From Plasmodiophora brassicae (taxonomy: Eukaryota): a stretch of 64,000 bases of DNA. The notes beneath the pieces were generated by a model. It did not search any database, had not been told where the DNA came from, and saw nothing but the letters and a program-made list of their open reading frames with translations. Positions 1 through 12,648 of the stretch are shown here, in pieces; the stretch's first letter is position 1, and each line of letters starts with the position of its first letter. Made by a program: the position numbers and the translations under genes. The stretch lies in NCBI GenBank assembly GCA_036867785.1, contig CP145415.1:310001-374000 (forward strand). Reading direction: 5' to 3'.

Positions 1-3000
1 CCCGCTGCCAGCGACATGCACGTGATCCAGCTGTTCACCCCGCTTGGCGTCGTAAGTGCCGTCTCGTTCAATGGGTGGTGGCCGGTCGGCGATGTCGCTG
101 ACGCAGACGACGACGCTCTGTTTGTGCAATAGCACCTGCGTACGTTGCCGGTCCCGGGCAAGGACCTGACCGCGTTCAGCTGGGACCGCACCGGATTGCG
201 CCTGGGCATCGCCGTCGATTCCCACCTGTACTTCGCCAACGTGCGCCCGTCGTACCGGTACGGGTTCCTACAGCGGCACACGCTGGCGTACGTGTTCCAG
301 CGACCCGACCGTCCCGACCAATGCGTCATGTTCTGGGATTTCCACACGGGCGAGAAACGCGTCAAGTACGTACGACGTTCAGGGGTTGGCCCGCCCCGGC
401 CCTATCGCCCCGCTTCTGATGCCTGGGGGGCGCTGCAGGTATGTGAAGAACCTGGAGCGGTTGGCGACGCGCGGCAAGTTCTGCGTTCTGGCGGCACGCA
501 CGCAGGCGGACGAGGACGCGCCGTCCCCCTTCATCTACATAGTGTGCTCAGCGATCGGGTCGCCCATCGACTCCAGGTACTGCGAGGTGTCGCCCGAGTT
601 CGTCGACCTCACCGACAACTACCTGGTGGTCGCGTCGTCGTCCACCGTCTACTGCTGGGTCTTCAACGATAAGGGGTCGCAGCCCTTCTCCTCGGCCGTA
701 CCCGTCTCTGGAGGTACTTCTTCGCTCGCCGCCCCGTGCTGTGCGTCTGCCCCGGGAGTGACGCGCACCATGCCTAGAGGAGCGGTACCTGCACGTGGAC
801 GAGCCGGCGCACGTGTCCGGCAGCGCCTACAGCAACAAGCGCAAGAACTCGCGCATCTCCCGGCCCAGCAAGGACCCGATCGTCGCCATTGCCGCTCGCA
901 ACGACTGCGTTGTGGTGGCGCGCGCCTCGGGCATCGGCGTGCGGTACGCGCTCCCGCACCTATCGTGCGTTCAGAAGTAGGACCTCGTTTGGGTGCATGG
1001 GCGCCGCGTGCTGGCTGCTGCTCACCGGTGGGCAAGGTACTGGTTGGCGCCCAACGCCCGCAACATCTACCTGAATTGCAATTGCACGACGCTGGCCGTT
1101 ATCGACACGAACGGGGGCCTGACGCTGGAGGACATGGAGAAGGACGGCGGCGCTATCGTCGAGGGCGGTGAACGCGAACAGAAACAGCCGTGCCGGAAGG
1201 ACACCTGGGCCCTGAAATGGTGCTCGTCCTGGTGCTCGTGCCGACGAACGCGGCCCGTCTGACTCTTGATCGGTCCAGGTCGAGCGATTCGCCGGACCTG
1301 TTCGCCGTGATGGAGAAGACGCGCATGTACATCTACAGAGATAAGCAGCCGGAAGAGCCGCTGCCCTGCAACGGTACGTGGTACAGGGGTTGGGCCCTCG
1401 TCAGTAGCTGATGGCGTAATGCATATATTAGGGTACCTGTGCGAGTTCAGCGACCTGGTCATTGTGACCGCCCAGCTGGACGAGATCATGGACGACGCGC
1501 ACAACCCGCTCAAGGCGCACATCGTCAACATTGACACCAAGTCGCTGCGAGACACGCACGTGCTCCTGGACACGGTCCCCATTGCCGAGGTCATCGCATC
1601 GTGGCGGCACCTGTCGAGCGCCGCTCTGACAGTCACCGCCGTTGCCCCGACAGGTGTACCAGTTCGTGTCGGATAACCCGCACCCGCGCCTGTGGCGTTT
1701 GCTGGCCGAGAACGCGTTGCGCACGTTGGATTTCACGATGGCCGAGAAGGCGTTCGTGAAGTCGGGCGATTACCAGGGCATCCAGATGGTGAAACGCGTC
1801 AAGCTGATGAAGGACGAGGGCATGCAGCAGGCCGAGATCGCCGCCTACTTCCGCCGGTTCGAGGAGGCCGAGGAATTGTACCTACGCCTGGGGCACAAGG
1901 AGGCCGCTGTCGACCTCCGCATACGCCTTGGCGATTGGTTTCGTGTACGTCTGCGTTCTGTTCCCTGGAGGTGCACACGGACGACTCAGTAACGGGGGCG
2001 CACGCGCCTATGTAGGTTGTGCAACTGATCCAGGAGCATGGCGCGGGTAGTGACCAGCTGTTAACGCACGCTGCGAACTCGATCGGCGACTACTACGCCG
2101 ACCGCATGAAGTGGGACAAGGCGTACAAGTACTACGTGCAGTCGGGGAACACAGGTCGGTGGATTGGCGGGCTGCTCTGACTGGCTTGCCCGATCCAACG
2201 TTGCGTTTGCTCAGCCGCCACGGTCGAGATGGCGTACAACCTCGAGGACTTTGATTCATTGTTTGATCTGCTGAAAGAACTGCCAGACGGGTCTCCGCTC
2301 TGCGCCCGTATCGCCGAACAGTTCGCCTCGTTCGGGCTGTCGGACCAGGCCGTGATCGCGTTTATCAAGGCGGGCAACGTCCAGGGGGCCGTTGACTGCT
2401 GCATCACCCTGAACGAATGGTCCAAGGCGGTGGAGCTCGCTGAGAAGTACCACCTGCCGCAGATCGAGAAACTTCTGACGCAGTACGCCGCGCACCTGAT
2501 CGCCAAACAGGAACCGTTCCAGGTACGTACGCCCAGTGTGTGTCTGTGGATGAAGCAACGTGAATGACCTGCCGATGACCAGGCGATCGAATTGTATCGT
2601 CGGGCGCACAAATACCATGAATCGGCGGCGCTGATGAAGAGCCAGGCGCCACCTGGGCAACCGGCCATCGCTAAGAAGTTGCACGTATGCGCCGCCATGG
2701 ACATGGATGCTGCGCGTCGCGCCATTGGCCAGATGGCAAGCAGCCAGGACAGAATACAGGTGCAGGAGCGCTCGTTATGCTGCTCTCGTCGCCAAACAAG
2801 CTAATGGTGTGTGTGTGTGTGCGGCAGACAATCACATCGCTGTTACAGGCGGATGCGGCGACGTCTGTGTCGAGTGCCGGGTCTAGTGCGGAACCGTCAT
2901 GGCTGAACGCGGAAGCGTACCACTACCTGATGCTGGCCCAGAGGCATCTGTATGCGCAATCGTATGACGCAGCGCTCAAGGCGGCCCTGCGTCTCGTGCA

Positions 3001-3539
3001 TTACGAAGCGGTCCTGCCGTCGCGCGTCCTCTACTCGACGATCGCGCTGGCAGCGTTCCATGCACAGTTCTACCAGCAGTGTTCGACGGCGTTCATGAAG
3101 CTCGAATTGCTGGAGGGTATACCACAGGCCGAACGGGACGCGTACAAGGCGCTGGCGTTCGCGATCTTCTCGAGGCAGGCCCCGGTGGATCCCGTCACCC
3201 GCGAGTTCAAATGCCCCAACCCGCAGTGCCAGGCGGCCGTTCACGACTGGTCTGCCTCGAGAGACGTCATCACCTGTGGTCATCCGTTGAACGAGTTGGC
3301 AGGAACGTGTCGTGCCCAGTGTGCGAGATGAAATTCACGGGATGTGTGGCATCCGGACGCAGCATCTTCTCGACGTCATCCAGGTGGGTCGTTGCTACGT
3401 GCGCCTGCGGTTGTCTGAGCCTGATGAACGTGATCGCACATGGCATAGCTATACGTGCTCGAGGTGCGACCACCAGATGCTGGAGTCGGAGATGTCTCGA
3501 TACGATCATTGCCCGCTGTGCCATGCAGCGTTGCATTGA
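1..3539 (+). CDS. WDR35: WD repeat protein 35 / intraflagellar transport protein 121 (IFT-A), multi-exon, 5' end outside window
   Basis: Exon peptides such as 'SWDRTGLRLGIAVDSHLYFANVRP', 'PDLFAVMEKTRMYI', 'NPHPRLWRLLAE', 'AVDLRIRLGDWF', 'EAYHYLMLAQRHLY' and a C-terminal zinc-binding region ending 'CPLCHAALH*' match IFT121; many ~50-70 nt GT-AG introns. Confidence 0.92.
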
Positions 3540-4093
3540 ATAACATCAGCGTGGCGTTTCATTGGCGTGCGAACCTAATGCCAAACTGGGTCGAAACCAC
3601 GTAACTATCGTCGTGCCGTGCCGGGCATTGATATCCACAGCAACTGCTGTGGGTACTGAAGGTGCCCTGCCATCGGCACCCGGCCGACTTGGTCCGCGCT
3701 GTGGAGCGCGAGCCCAGTCAGGTGCCTGAGTCGGGCACGTGGTGTCCCAGTGGCACACATGGACAGAAACACGTACAGCAGCGCGTGACGTTCTCGCAAG
3801 GGGGAGCACATCAATCGTTGCGATCGATTGCGTTGATGTCCACCTAGGACGCTGGCGCCACCAACCCAAGGGGGGAGACACTCGGCACCGGCTCCTCAGG
3901 TAAGGGATAGGCTGCGTTAGACACGCGCACTCAAATACGGGCACCTGTCCACACCAACAAGTAGCGGGTCGGTAGCTGCCGGTACACATCCATTGGAACT
4001 AATGACAAGATATAGATGACGCCTCCAAATGTGTGATTTATTACAATTGGACAGGGAGCGACGCCCATAGTAGAACGCACCGATGGGACTGTG

Positions 4094-5020
4094 CTAATGG
4101 CAGCACTCGTCGCATTGGAAGCACTTCTTGGTGGGCTTCCTGTTCCGTTTTGGTCGCTCAGTTCCCGTCGCTGTAGGCTGAGACAGTACGGCGCTGGCCT
4201 CGTGCCTACGACGTTTCGGTATGTGGGCGTGCTGGGCGTATGACGGTTGACGCGTCTCACTTGCAGACAGTTCTGAGTAAGGCCCGCGCTTCTGCATATG
4301 TTCACCGGATGCCCACATCGACATGGCGTTGTCGTCGAGATCACCAAGACTGTAGTGGTCGTCCTTCGGTACCCAGCTGGATGTCATCACCCCATCATCA
4401 AAGTTAAACGTCGAAAGCGTTTGGACGACATCATCCAAAGGTACGTCCCAGACCGGCATAGCAGGCTTGTCGCTGTCATCCGCCGCCGCCCAGGTTGATG
4501 TGCCGCTAAGCAGGTGCTCGCTGTCGTGCAACGCTTCGTGTTCGTCACTGTATGCCCAGGTAGGCACTGGGTCATAATCATCGGTAGGCAGTCCGTGTTC
4601 GTCTTTCGATAGCAACATTAGTAACGTGTCCACGTCGAGATCCAGCGGATTGCGTTCGCCGTCAGCTGGGGTACCGGTGAGCATTGTTGCGTGTTCGTCA
4701 GCGGTCCTCTCGTTGTGACGTCCTGTGCTCGGATCCGCCAATGGCATTGCGTCATCGTCAATCGCATCACTCAAGTTGTTGCTGATGTCGACGTCCAGTC
4801 CCGGCCGGATGTCATCAGCGACCATAGCCGGGGAGTGGGCGTGGCTCGGCACCGCGTTTGACATCATGCCATCGTCCAGGTCTCTATTAGCGTATGCGTA
4901 CGCATCCAGGTCGAAGTACGTCTTGATCTGCATCTGGTCGGCGCCGTTGACACCGGCGCCGAGAGCGCTGCGGCCGGCTAGGAACGCGAAGAACACTGCA
5001 TAGGATTTCCAGGGCGTCAT
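4094..5020 (-). CDS. Hypothetical secreted protein (signal peptide, acidic middle, basic NLS-like C-terminus)
   Basis: ATG at 5020 gives MTPWKSYAVFFAFLAGRSALG (signal-like); Asp-rich body; PKRRRH and RPKRNRKPTKK near the end; the 3' end may be spliced. Confidence 0.55.
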   Translation of the reverse strand: MTPWKSYAVFFAFLAGRSALGAGVNGADQMQIKTYFDLDAYAYANRDLDDGMMSNAVPSHAHSPAMVADDIRPGLDVDISNNLSDAIDDDAMPLADPSTGRHNERTADEHATMLTGTPADGERNPLDLDVDTLLMLLSKDEHGLPTDDYDPVPTWAYSDEHEALHDSEHLLSGTSTWAAADDSDKPAMPVWDVPLDDVVQTLSTFNFDDGVMTSSWVPKDDHYSLGDLDDNAMSMWASGEHMQKRGPYSELSASETRQPSYAQHAHIPKRRRHEASAVLSQPTATGTERPKRNRKPTKKCFQCDECCH

Positions 5021-6467
5021 TGTCGGTAGTATAGCTCGTGGATTCACCACCGGCTGGCAGAAAGCGATATGAGCCCGACGCCAGGCTGCAGCACAGCTGT
5101 CAGAACCTGGGCCGGCGCACGCGGGCAAACCGCGCAGTCAGGCAAAACCGCGCCAGCCACGGAAACTGCGGGCGCCAGGCGCGCGCAACGGAGGGCGACC
5201 GGTCGCGTCTGCGGAGTGCGGGGAGACTGGCCGCGGTAGCCCTGCGCGTCGTGCATTCCAGCCCGGGCGTACCAGAGATGGCGTATGGGCCACGGATGTC
5301 CCGGAATACAATGGCAGGCAATGTGGATCGTGAGTGAATCGCCGCTCGAGATGGATCTCGACAGGTGCATGCAGCTTCACAGTATTCCCACCAGGATGTC
5401 CATATCACAGTGTACTTTCATGGCCGGCAATGACGTTTCGCACAGTTGCCGTATCTCGTTTATTTACCATCAACCATTTCGTGACGCAGTCAACGCCGAA
5501 ACGGTCAGCGGCTGCCTGCTGAGCGCGACGTGCCGGGATTGCTTTCGATGAAATCATCACTTGGGGCTTGTCAGCATTGCTGACGCCGTGGGTACGTTTG
5601 TTTCCTCGCGTCATAGAGTATTCGAACAGACCCCAGCGGCAACGACTGTGCCGCCCAGCTGGGCAGTGACAAAAAGCCGCGGCCGAGTGGGCATGCTGAA
5701 ACAGTCCACCTCGGTCATTCAGGAGCCTCACGTTAGGCGCATGTGCTCATTTCGGGGTCAACATGTGTGCTTAAACCGAGGTTAAACTCTGCATCGTACG
5801 CGCGTCGGAGTTGAAGGCGCCTCGCGGACAGGACGTATACCGGTTACCGGCTCCGCGCTCCAGTGCCCTTCTTCTTGGCAACGGCACCGTCGGGGGCGTG
5901 AATACCTCCTGGATCGAAATGCACGGCCCGCGCATTGCTATGACAAGTGGAGTTGTCGTTAATCAATTAGCATGGATCGCAGGTACGTGCAGGGGAGCGG
6001 GCGCCGCCTATCTAACGGACGTGTCGTCATGGAGTCAAATGATGGCGCCGGCGCCGGCGGAGGCCAGGACGCGACAGTACTCGCCAAGGTAGGGAAAACC
6101 TACGGCGCGTCTGTGGGCGAGCAGCGACGTGTTCCTGATCGGGTGCCGCTGCGCGTCGATAGGAACAAGCGCTCCTGCGGTCGTACCTGAAAGACCATCC
6201 GCTGCTCAGCGCGATGACGCACGACTTCATCAGGTCCTGCCTCGTTGAGCGCCCCGACGACGTCCGCTCGCATGCGCGCAAGTTCTTCAGCAAGTTCGGC
6301 AACTCGTAAGCAGCATATGGTCGATGAAATGCACGAACGTCCTTCCAGCCGCATCGCCTCCAATAAGCCAGAAGTAGCCCCGTACCCAGAATGCCTATCA
6401 CGACGTTGCGATCGCGCCAGACGCGTGCGGGACACCCAAACGTTGGACGACAGTGAATGCAATGTTT

Positions 6468-7069
6468 TCACAGTTTGGGGAGAGTCCTATCGGCCAGCGC
6501 CCTGACATTGTCGGCGAACGCGGGCGACGTGATGGGCGACGTGCGCTGGTGGAACGGGTTCAGGGCGATCTTCAGGTACAGGTCGTAGAGGTCGTTGAAG
6601 AAAACGCCAATGCTGGCCTCGTCGCAACGCGGATCGTGCAGCAGCATGAACTTGACATCTGAAGGACGTACAACGACGTTATTGGGATGTAGGCGCGCAC
6701 ATCGACGTATCTGATCAGCTGACGTGAGGCGGTCACGTAGACGCTGATCTGCAGGTCGTTAAACCTGTCGACCTGCTTCAGGTACAGCGACGGCGTGGTC
6801 CACAGCTTCCTGTCGACAATATCTGATCGCCGCGGGCGTCAGTGGGACGACATCCAGGAAGATAGGGCCGCGAACTGCCTGACCCAGGGCGGCGTGGACA
6901 ACAAACTGGTTCAGGTCCTCCTTCATCTGCAGGCGGGGACCCGCACCCGTTACTGTCCGATTGGCGGCGGCGTGAACGACATTCAGAACCATGCCTTTCC
7001 ATCGTTGCTAGCGAGCTGCGTTTCGAACACGGGTATGTCCCCAGGCACGACGATGACCAGGTAGAGCAT
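6468..7069 (-). CDS. TRAPPC2: Trafficking protein particle complex subunit 2 (sedlin/Trs20), 4 exons
   Basis: Spliced peptide MLYLVIVVPGDIPVFE...LNQFVVHAALDIVDRKLWTTPSLYLKQVDRFND...VKFMLLHD...FFNDLYDLYLKIALNPF...ITSPAF is typical of sedlin. Confidence 0.88.
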
Positions 7070-7230
7070 GGGCGCGGCGCGCGCGTGCCGTCGCCGTTCG
7101 TATACGTGCCCTACCGGTCGGTACTCGTGGGCGCCGCCCCCGGGGCCACGGTCAGGGATGACACGGGATAAGTCCGTGACGGAGTCCGTAGCGGGGTCGC
7201 ACGGGCCCACTTGTGCAACGGCAACGCGCG

Positions 7231-7482
7231 ATGGCCAGCAACGACCAGCTCACGGATCGGCAGCAGCGCGAGGTGCAGGACTTCCTGCAGAAGCAGCAGC
7301 AAGTGGCGCTGGTCCAGCAGGCGATCAGCAAACTGACCGACATCTGCTGGGACAAGTGCCTGGACAAGCACCCGGGGTCGTCCCTGTCCAATCGGGAGTC
7401 GACCTGCCTGACACAGTGCGCGCAGCGTTACCTCGACACGAGCGCCTTCGTCATGAACCAGCTCGTCCAGAAGAACGCCTGA
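7231..7482 (+). CDS. TIM8: Mitochondrial small Tim chaperone (Tim8-like), twin CX3C
   Basis: 83 aa; LTDICWDKC...CLTQCAQRYLDTS twin CX3C motif; divergent from TRAPPC2 with a ~160 bp intergenic region. Confidence 0.85.
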   Translation: MASNDQLTDRQQREVQDFLQKQQQVALVQQAISKLTDICWDKCLDKHPGSSLSNRESTCLTQCAQRYLDTSAFVMNQLVQKNA

Positions 7483-7514
7483 CCGGGTCGCAGTACACGC
7501 AACGTATTCCGTCT

Positions 7515-9798
7515 TTACTGCCGTTTGCTGGCCGAGCGGGCGCGCCGCGCCTTGACGCTGCCGCTGGTCAGCGGGCCTGAGCTGGACCGGCATCGCGGCA
7601 GCGCACGGAACGCGGGCAGCCTGGCGTCGCTGTTGGATCGATGTATCGGACGCGCGGCCGTACTCGGGCGTCGCACGTCCGCCAGCGACGTGGCTGCCTG
7701 CAGGGCCCCGATCCGGCCCATCAGCAGGCTCTCGAATGATGATGCCGCTCGTGCGGACGGACGGGCTGCCGGCGCCTGGACGCCGTCGCTGATGGTGCAC
7801 ATGAGAGCCGCGTAGGACAGCAGGGCCTGGCGACCGTTCCTCATATGCAGGGCCTGCGTGTACGAGGTTGTTGTCACCATGTGGTCGACGTTTGTCTAGG
7901 TGTGCGCGTGTGACCGACCCGTTCGAGGGCGGCGGCGCGTTTCGAGATGGCCTTGGCCGGCCATTGTGCGCGCATCGCGAATAGGTCAAACTCGGCGTGC
8001 TGGACCCGATGTCGGAAGTCCAGCCAGCGTCGCCCAACGTCGTCGAGTACCTGGCGGGGCGCGGGCGTGTCAGCTTGCATCAATATGGCGCCCGGTGCGG
8101 CGTGCCGGTACACACGTCTGTGTGCGTGGATGAGTGGTACCGTACCATTGCAGAGTAGGTCCTGGCGTGGGCCGGATCCAGCAGGGCGTTCTCCGTGATG
8201 CCGAAGCAGTAGAGCGCGCCCGGCACGCGCTCGCACCTGCTGCTGAACTCGTCGACGTCCATGGGCGTGTCGACGACGGCCGACACGAGCCGGTCCAGCT
8301 GCCTGACGTCGTCTGTGGCGAACATGGCGAATCGGCAGAGGCAGACGCAGTCGGCCCTGGGCAGGCGGGTCGCATGTCGCGGCGATAGGCGCAGGGCCCA
8401 GTACAGGACGCGCAGGCGCGGGCGTAGCCACCGTAGCCGGTCCAGGCGGTGCGCCAGGATCAGGTCGGCCGCCCCGTACACGTCCCAATGATGCTGCTGG
8501 CCCGGGACGGCGTCCAGCTGGTCGGCGTGCAGGTCGGGCTCCAGGTCGAGCAGGTCGGCGCGCGTCAACGCGCCCCGACCCTGGCAGCGCTGGCGGATGC
8601 GGGCGACCATGTCGACGTAGAACAGGACGTCGCGCCGGCGGACCGTGTCGGCGTCGCACAGCGCCTGGAACGATCGCACCTCGGCATCGTCGGTGCCGTC
8701 CTCCTCCTGCAGCAACAACGACGACGTCTGGTGTCAGTGGAGGCGGTGCCAGCGCGCGCGCGTTGTCGTTACAATGATCTGGAACGCCCCGTCCGTCATG
8801 AACTGCCTCAGGGACACGGCGGGGTCCGCCGTCGACTTGTACCTGTCGAGGATGTCGCCCCGAGTCACTGCGATGCGGCCGGCGCCGTCTCGCGTCTCGA
8901 CCCGCATGGCCTGGTCGACGGCGGCCTGGAACGCGTCCAGCAGGCGGGCGTTGCGACGCAGGACGGCGGGGTCGACGATCGCGCCGTCGCTGTCGCCGAA
9001 CAGGACGCTGCGGATCGCGTCGAACCGATCCAGCTGCGCCTGCCAGGCCTTGGCCGTCGTCGCCCCGCCTCCCTCATCGTCGTCGTCGTCGACGTCGTCG
9101 TGGCCGACGTCCAGCGGCAGGTGGTCGACGTCGTTGGCGAACGCGATCTCGACGGGCAGGCCGCAGACGAGCTTGGCGTGCAGGCTGACCAGGCAGTGGG
9201 CGGCCTGGTCGTCGCGCGCGAATCGCACCAGCAGCCAGCCCTGGGCGACGCCATGGCGCTGCACGCCGCTGACGGTGCCGAACCGGGCGAACCAGGCCGC
9301 CAGGACGGGCGTCGGCAGTGCGCTGACCGGGCCGAACACGCTCAGCGTCGCCGTCGGGTACTCGGACGCGTACCGAGCGCGCAGGCGCGCGCCGCCCAGC
9401 GGTTGCCCGTCGAGGATGCCTAGGGCGAACCGCGCATTGTCGACCGTGGCGAACTCAGCGAGCACGGCGCTGGTGCCCAGGTGGGCCTGGACGGCGTCGC
9501 CGCGGTTGAACAGCGGGATCGGGCGCGTGCGGCGCGTCGGCCCCAGGGCCTGCAGGCGGACGCCGACGGCGACGTTGCTGACCGACTGGCGGATGTTGTC
9601 CAGCAGCAGGACCCGGGTGGGTGCGTCCCCGTCCGACAGCAGCACGTCGACGCAGGCGCTGTCGTCGTACCGAGCCAGGGCCATGCGCGCCTGACGCAGG
9701 CGCTCCTCCAGGTCGTACTTGGCGGCCGACAACGCGGCCGCGTCGGCCTGGGCAGCCGACAGCAACGGGTCCACCGCGGCACGACGCTGTACCATCAT
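7515..9798 (-). CDS. Hypothetical multi-exon protein with RRM-like domains
   Basis: Long coding-biased ORFs 8734-9798, 8080-8718 and 7515-7880 joined by short introns; RNP-like segments 'AVLAEFATVDNARFAL..LDGQPLGGARLRARYA' and 'WLLVRFARDDQAAHCLVSLHAKLVCGLPVEIAFA'. Confidence 0.55.
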
Positions 9799-9959
9799 GG
9801 CTGCTGCCGCGTTGCTAACGACCAGTGTAGCAGTACGGCAGCTGCGATTCATAAACGAGCCGGCAGCAGCGGTCGACGGTGGCCGGGATCGACGCGAGGT
9901 ACCTGATCGACCCGGCTGGCGGGTGTCGTATATCACTATCCGGCAGAGTCGACGTCGGG

Positions 9960-11053
9960 ATGTCGTCGTCGTCGTCAGCAGCACCAGCAACGGTCCCGCT
10001 GGACGACGCCCTGCTGCAGTACAGGGTGCCCGGCTACATGGGCTACGTGCCCGCCCACGAGGCGTTCGCCGTCGGGCGCAAGGTCGGTTACCAGGCGGAC
10101 CTGGCCGAGCGCGCCCTGCAGACGGACGCCGACTACGCCGAGTCGGCCAAAAGGCGCCACTCGCACGGCGTGCAGATGAGCTCCTACACGCAGCAGGTCG
10201 GCAACGCTGTCCAACCGAGCGATTTCCAGCGGCCCGTCCTCGTCAAGGCCGCTCAGGTGAAGCTGGCCACGGCCGGGTAGGGGACGGGCGCCTCGCCCAT
10301 ATCGGCCGCACGATACCTACTGGCAGGTGCTGAGCACGGGTGCGTACGCTAGGAGCACGTCGCACTGGTCGACAACCTACTCGGCGGCGTTCGGCGACTT
10401 TGAGTCCAGGACGGGGCCGGCGCCGCCCCGGTACGGCGACGGGACCGGCAGCGCCGCCGCCCGGCCCAGCCAGGTCCTGAACCACTCGATGCCCAGCTCG
10501 TCGTACGCCACCGACTTCGTGGACCCCGGGGTACGCGACGAGTGATGCGTCCCCATGTTGTCGGATGCTGACCCGCCTGCGCGCTCTCTCCTGTAGGTGA
10601 TCATGGCGACTCGGCCTCCGGGGCAGATGCCCGTACGGCACGACGAGCTGTCGTTCGGGACGAACAAGAACTCGAACCGGTACGTTGCCGGCGGGCGAAC
10701 AACGCAGAGCCGGACGGGGTCGCTGACGACGCCGTGTGTTTCGCGCGCGCCTCAGCCTGCTCGGGTACATGGGCTTCGTGCCGGCCGCAAAGGCCAACCA
10801 GGGTCAGACGCATGCGACCATACCGACGCCAAAGAACGAACTGCTGACGTTGAACTTGTAAGTTGGGTGTGTTGTGTGTGTGCGAGCGGGGCGCGCCCTG
10901 AGCCGTGTGTGTGTGTGTGTGTGCCGCAGCCGGCAGAACTGCACCGGGTACACGGGTCACGTGCCACGCAGCCCGGCGAACAACCGGGGCCCGCGCCAGG
11001 CCGGCCCGCTGACCTCCAGCGGATCCCAGTTCGGCAACGGCGCCCGCTGCTGA
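9960..11053 (+). CDS. Probable ciliary microtubule inner protein with PGY-type repeats (FAM166/CIMIP2-like), multi-exon
   Basis: Three copies of the motif: VPGYMGYVP, LLGYMGFVP, CTGYTGHVP; GT-AG introns; stop at 11051-11053. Confidence 0.6.
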
Positions 11054-11288
11054 TGCCGGCCGCCGCCCGCATCGTCGTCAGCAATACAAACGGGGGCGCC
11101 CTGCCACCACACCACTCCCCGACTGAGCCTGTCAGCAGCCGCCTGGCGAACGCGGACGTTGCGTTTCGGGGGGGTGCGGGGGACCGGGGGAGGCACCGCC
11201 TCGCCGCCGCATTTTCGGCGCCCGGTTCGCCCGTTCGGCCGTCCCGTCCCGTCCGCCTGTCTGTCTGTCGTAGTGTCGGCGCTGCGCC

Positions 11289-11903
11289 ATGGGTCAGCAG
11301 GGCGCCGCACGCGTCGCCGTCTGCAATCTGGTCCGGGGCCTGGTCGGCATGGGCGTCTTCGTGGCCCTGCGCGCCCTGCATGTCGCGCGGGACACGATCG
11401 TCCCCGTCTGGTACGTGTCGTACACGGCGAGTGCGCGCACGCCCCTGCGCTCATGGGCCCGTTGCTTGCAGGTCGGGCCTGTCGACGCGCCTGTCCGGCC
11501 TGCTGGAGGCGGCCATGATCATCGTCGCGTTCGTCGTTGGATCGGTGACGTCGGCCTGGGCGACGTCGTCGTCGAGCGCAACGCCGGCGGCCGACCCGCT
11601 GCGTACGCATGCCGGCCGCGTACGCAGCGGGTACGATCGCACCGGCAAAGGCGGCGGGTGGGGACCGCCGGTGACCGGCGACGGCATCCAGCCGGCCTGC
11701 CCCAGGATGCGCTCCGGGCCGTTGACGTCGACCGAGGCCATCAAGGTACACCTCGTTTGCTATCGTCCCAGGCACCGCGTAATACGGTTGCTGATGGGTG
11801 ACCTCGCATGCAGGTCTCCGACGACGAATGGACGACCCCGCTAGCAGCCACGATCAACGCGGGCCACGTCGAGTGGGACCATCTGTGGATCCCCACCCAG
11901 TGA
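11289..11903 (+). CDS. Small hypothetical membrane protein, probably 3 exons
   Basis: Hydrophobic stretches LVRGLVGMGVFVAL and LLEAAMIIVAFVVG; last exon VSDDEWTTP...IPTQ*; exon joins inferred. Confidence 0.35.
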
Positions 11904-12014
11904 CGTCGACACGCGTTGTTCGCGCGCCGGGCGCGGCTGCCAACCCGTCATGGTGTCACACGAGCCTCGGGTTCTGTATTAGTACAAGGGCACTGGCCGC
12001 TCCCCACTCACTCC

Positions 12015-12461
12015 CTACTTCTTCGCCTTGCCGCTCCTGATCAGCGTGTCGATCGGGTCCCTCCATCCGCATTCGCTACTGGTCGTCAGCGGCCACTTGG
12101 ACAGGGCCTTGGGCGCCTTGACCGTGCGCCGATGCTCGCATCGCCACGAGTCCGTCCTGCATTTGAAGCAGGGCCCCGTCGTGCCGGCGCCCGGGCCGTA
12201 CACGTGGTCGTACATGTAGTCGACGGTGTCCAGCGGCGCCCTGTCGACGGCGTACTGGGCCAGGTACGACGGGCGGCCGTATTGGCGGACGAACCCGTCC
12301 AGCGAGTGGTCGACCTTGCAGTAGAATGCGCTGTCCATCCGGTTGTGGTGTTCCTGGCGGTTGCGTGGGGCGCTGTCGAACAGGGCGCCGCGGCCCTTGT
12401 AATCGCCGCTGCCGAACCCGACACCTTGGCCGTGCGCGCCTTTGTCCTGGCTGCCCGACAT
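12015..12461 (-). CDS. Hypothetical protein, possibly CFAP90-like ciliary inner protein
   Basis: 148 aa ORF with YDHVY...R.D...PLTTSSECGWRDPID, resembling the 'LTSS.YG' motif of axonemal MIPs; extra exons possible. Confidence 0.35.
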   Translation of the reverse strand: MSGSQDKGAHGQGVGFGSGDYKGRGALFDSAPRNRQEHHNRMDSAFYCKVDHSLDGFVRQYGRPSYLAQYAVDRAPLDTVDYMYDHVYGPGAGTTGPCFKCRTDSWRCEHRRTVKAPKALSKWPLTTSSECGWRDPIDTLIRSGKAKK

Positions 12462-12604
12462 GACCAGCTGGGTGACGACACCTGCAGATCTTCACCTTCA
12501 ACCTATGGGCGTGCCTACCTACGACGGCACGCGCACGGCTCATGTCGTTCAAATCCAGATAAGGCAGTCGGACAAGTACTAGTGCTGCAGTAGGTGCATG
12601 CATG

Positions 12605-12648
12605 TATTGTTGGCCAGTGCATGCATATGCATGCACTGGCCAACAATA
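12605..12648. repeat. Perfect 44-bp palindrome at the gene/TE boundary
   Basis: TATTGTTGGCCAGTGCATGCAT-ATGCATGCACTGGCCAACAATA. Confidence 0.95.

Noticed and set aside
5100-6460. Possible small genes between the secreted protein and TRAPPC2
   Set aside because: Short ORFs on both strands with no recognisable motif or consistent start/splice model
8449-9694. Long plus-strand ORFs
   Set aside because: Antisense shadows of the GC-rich minus-strand gene
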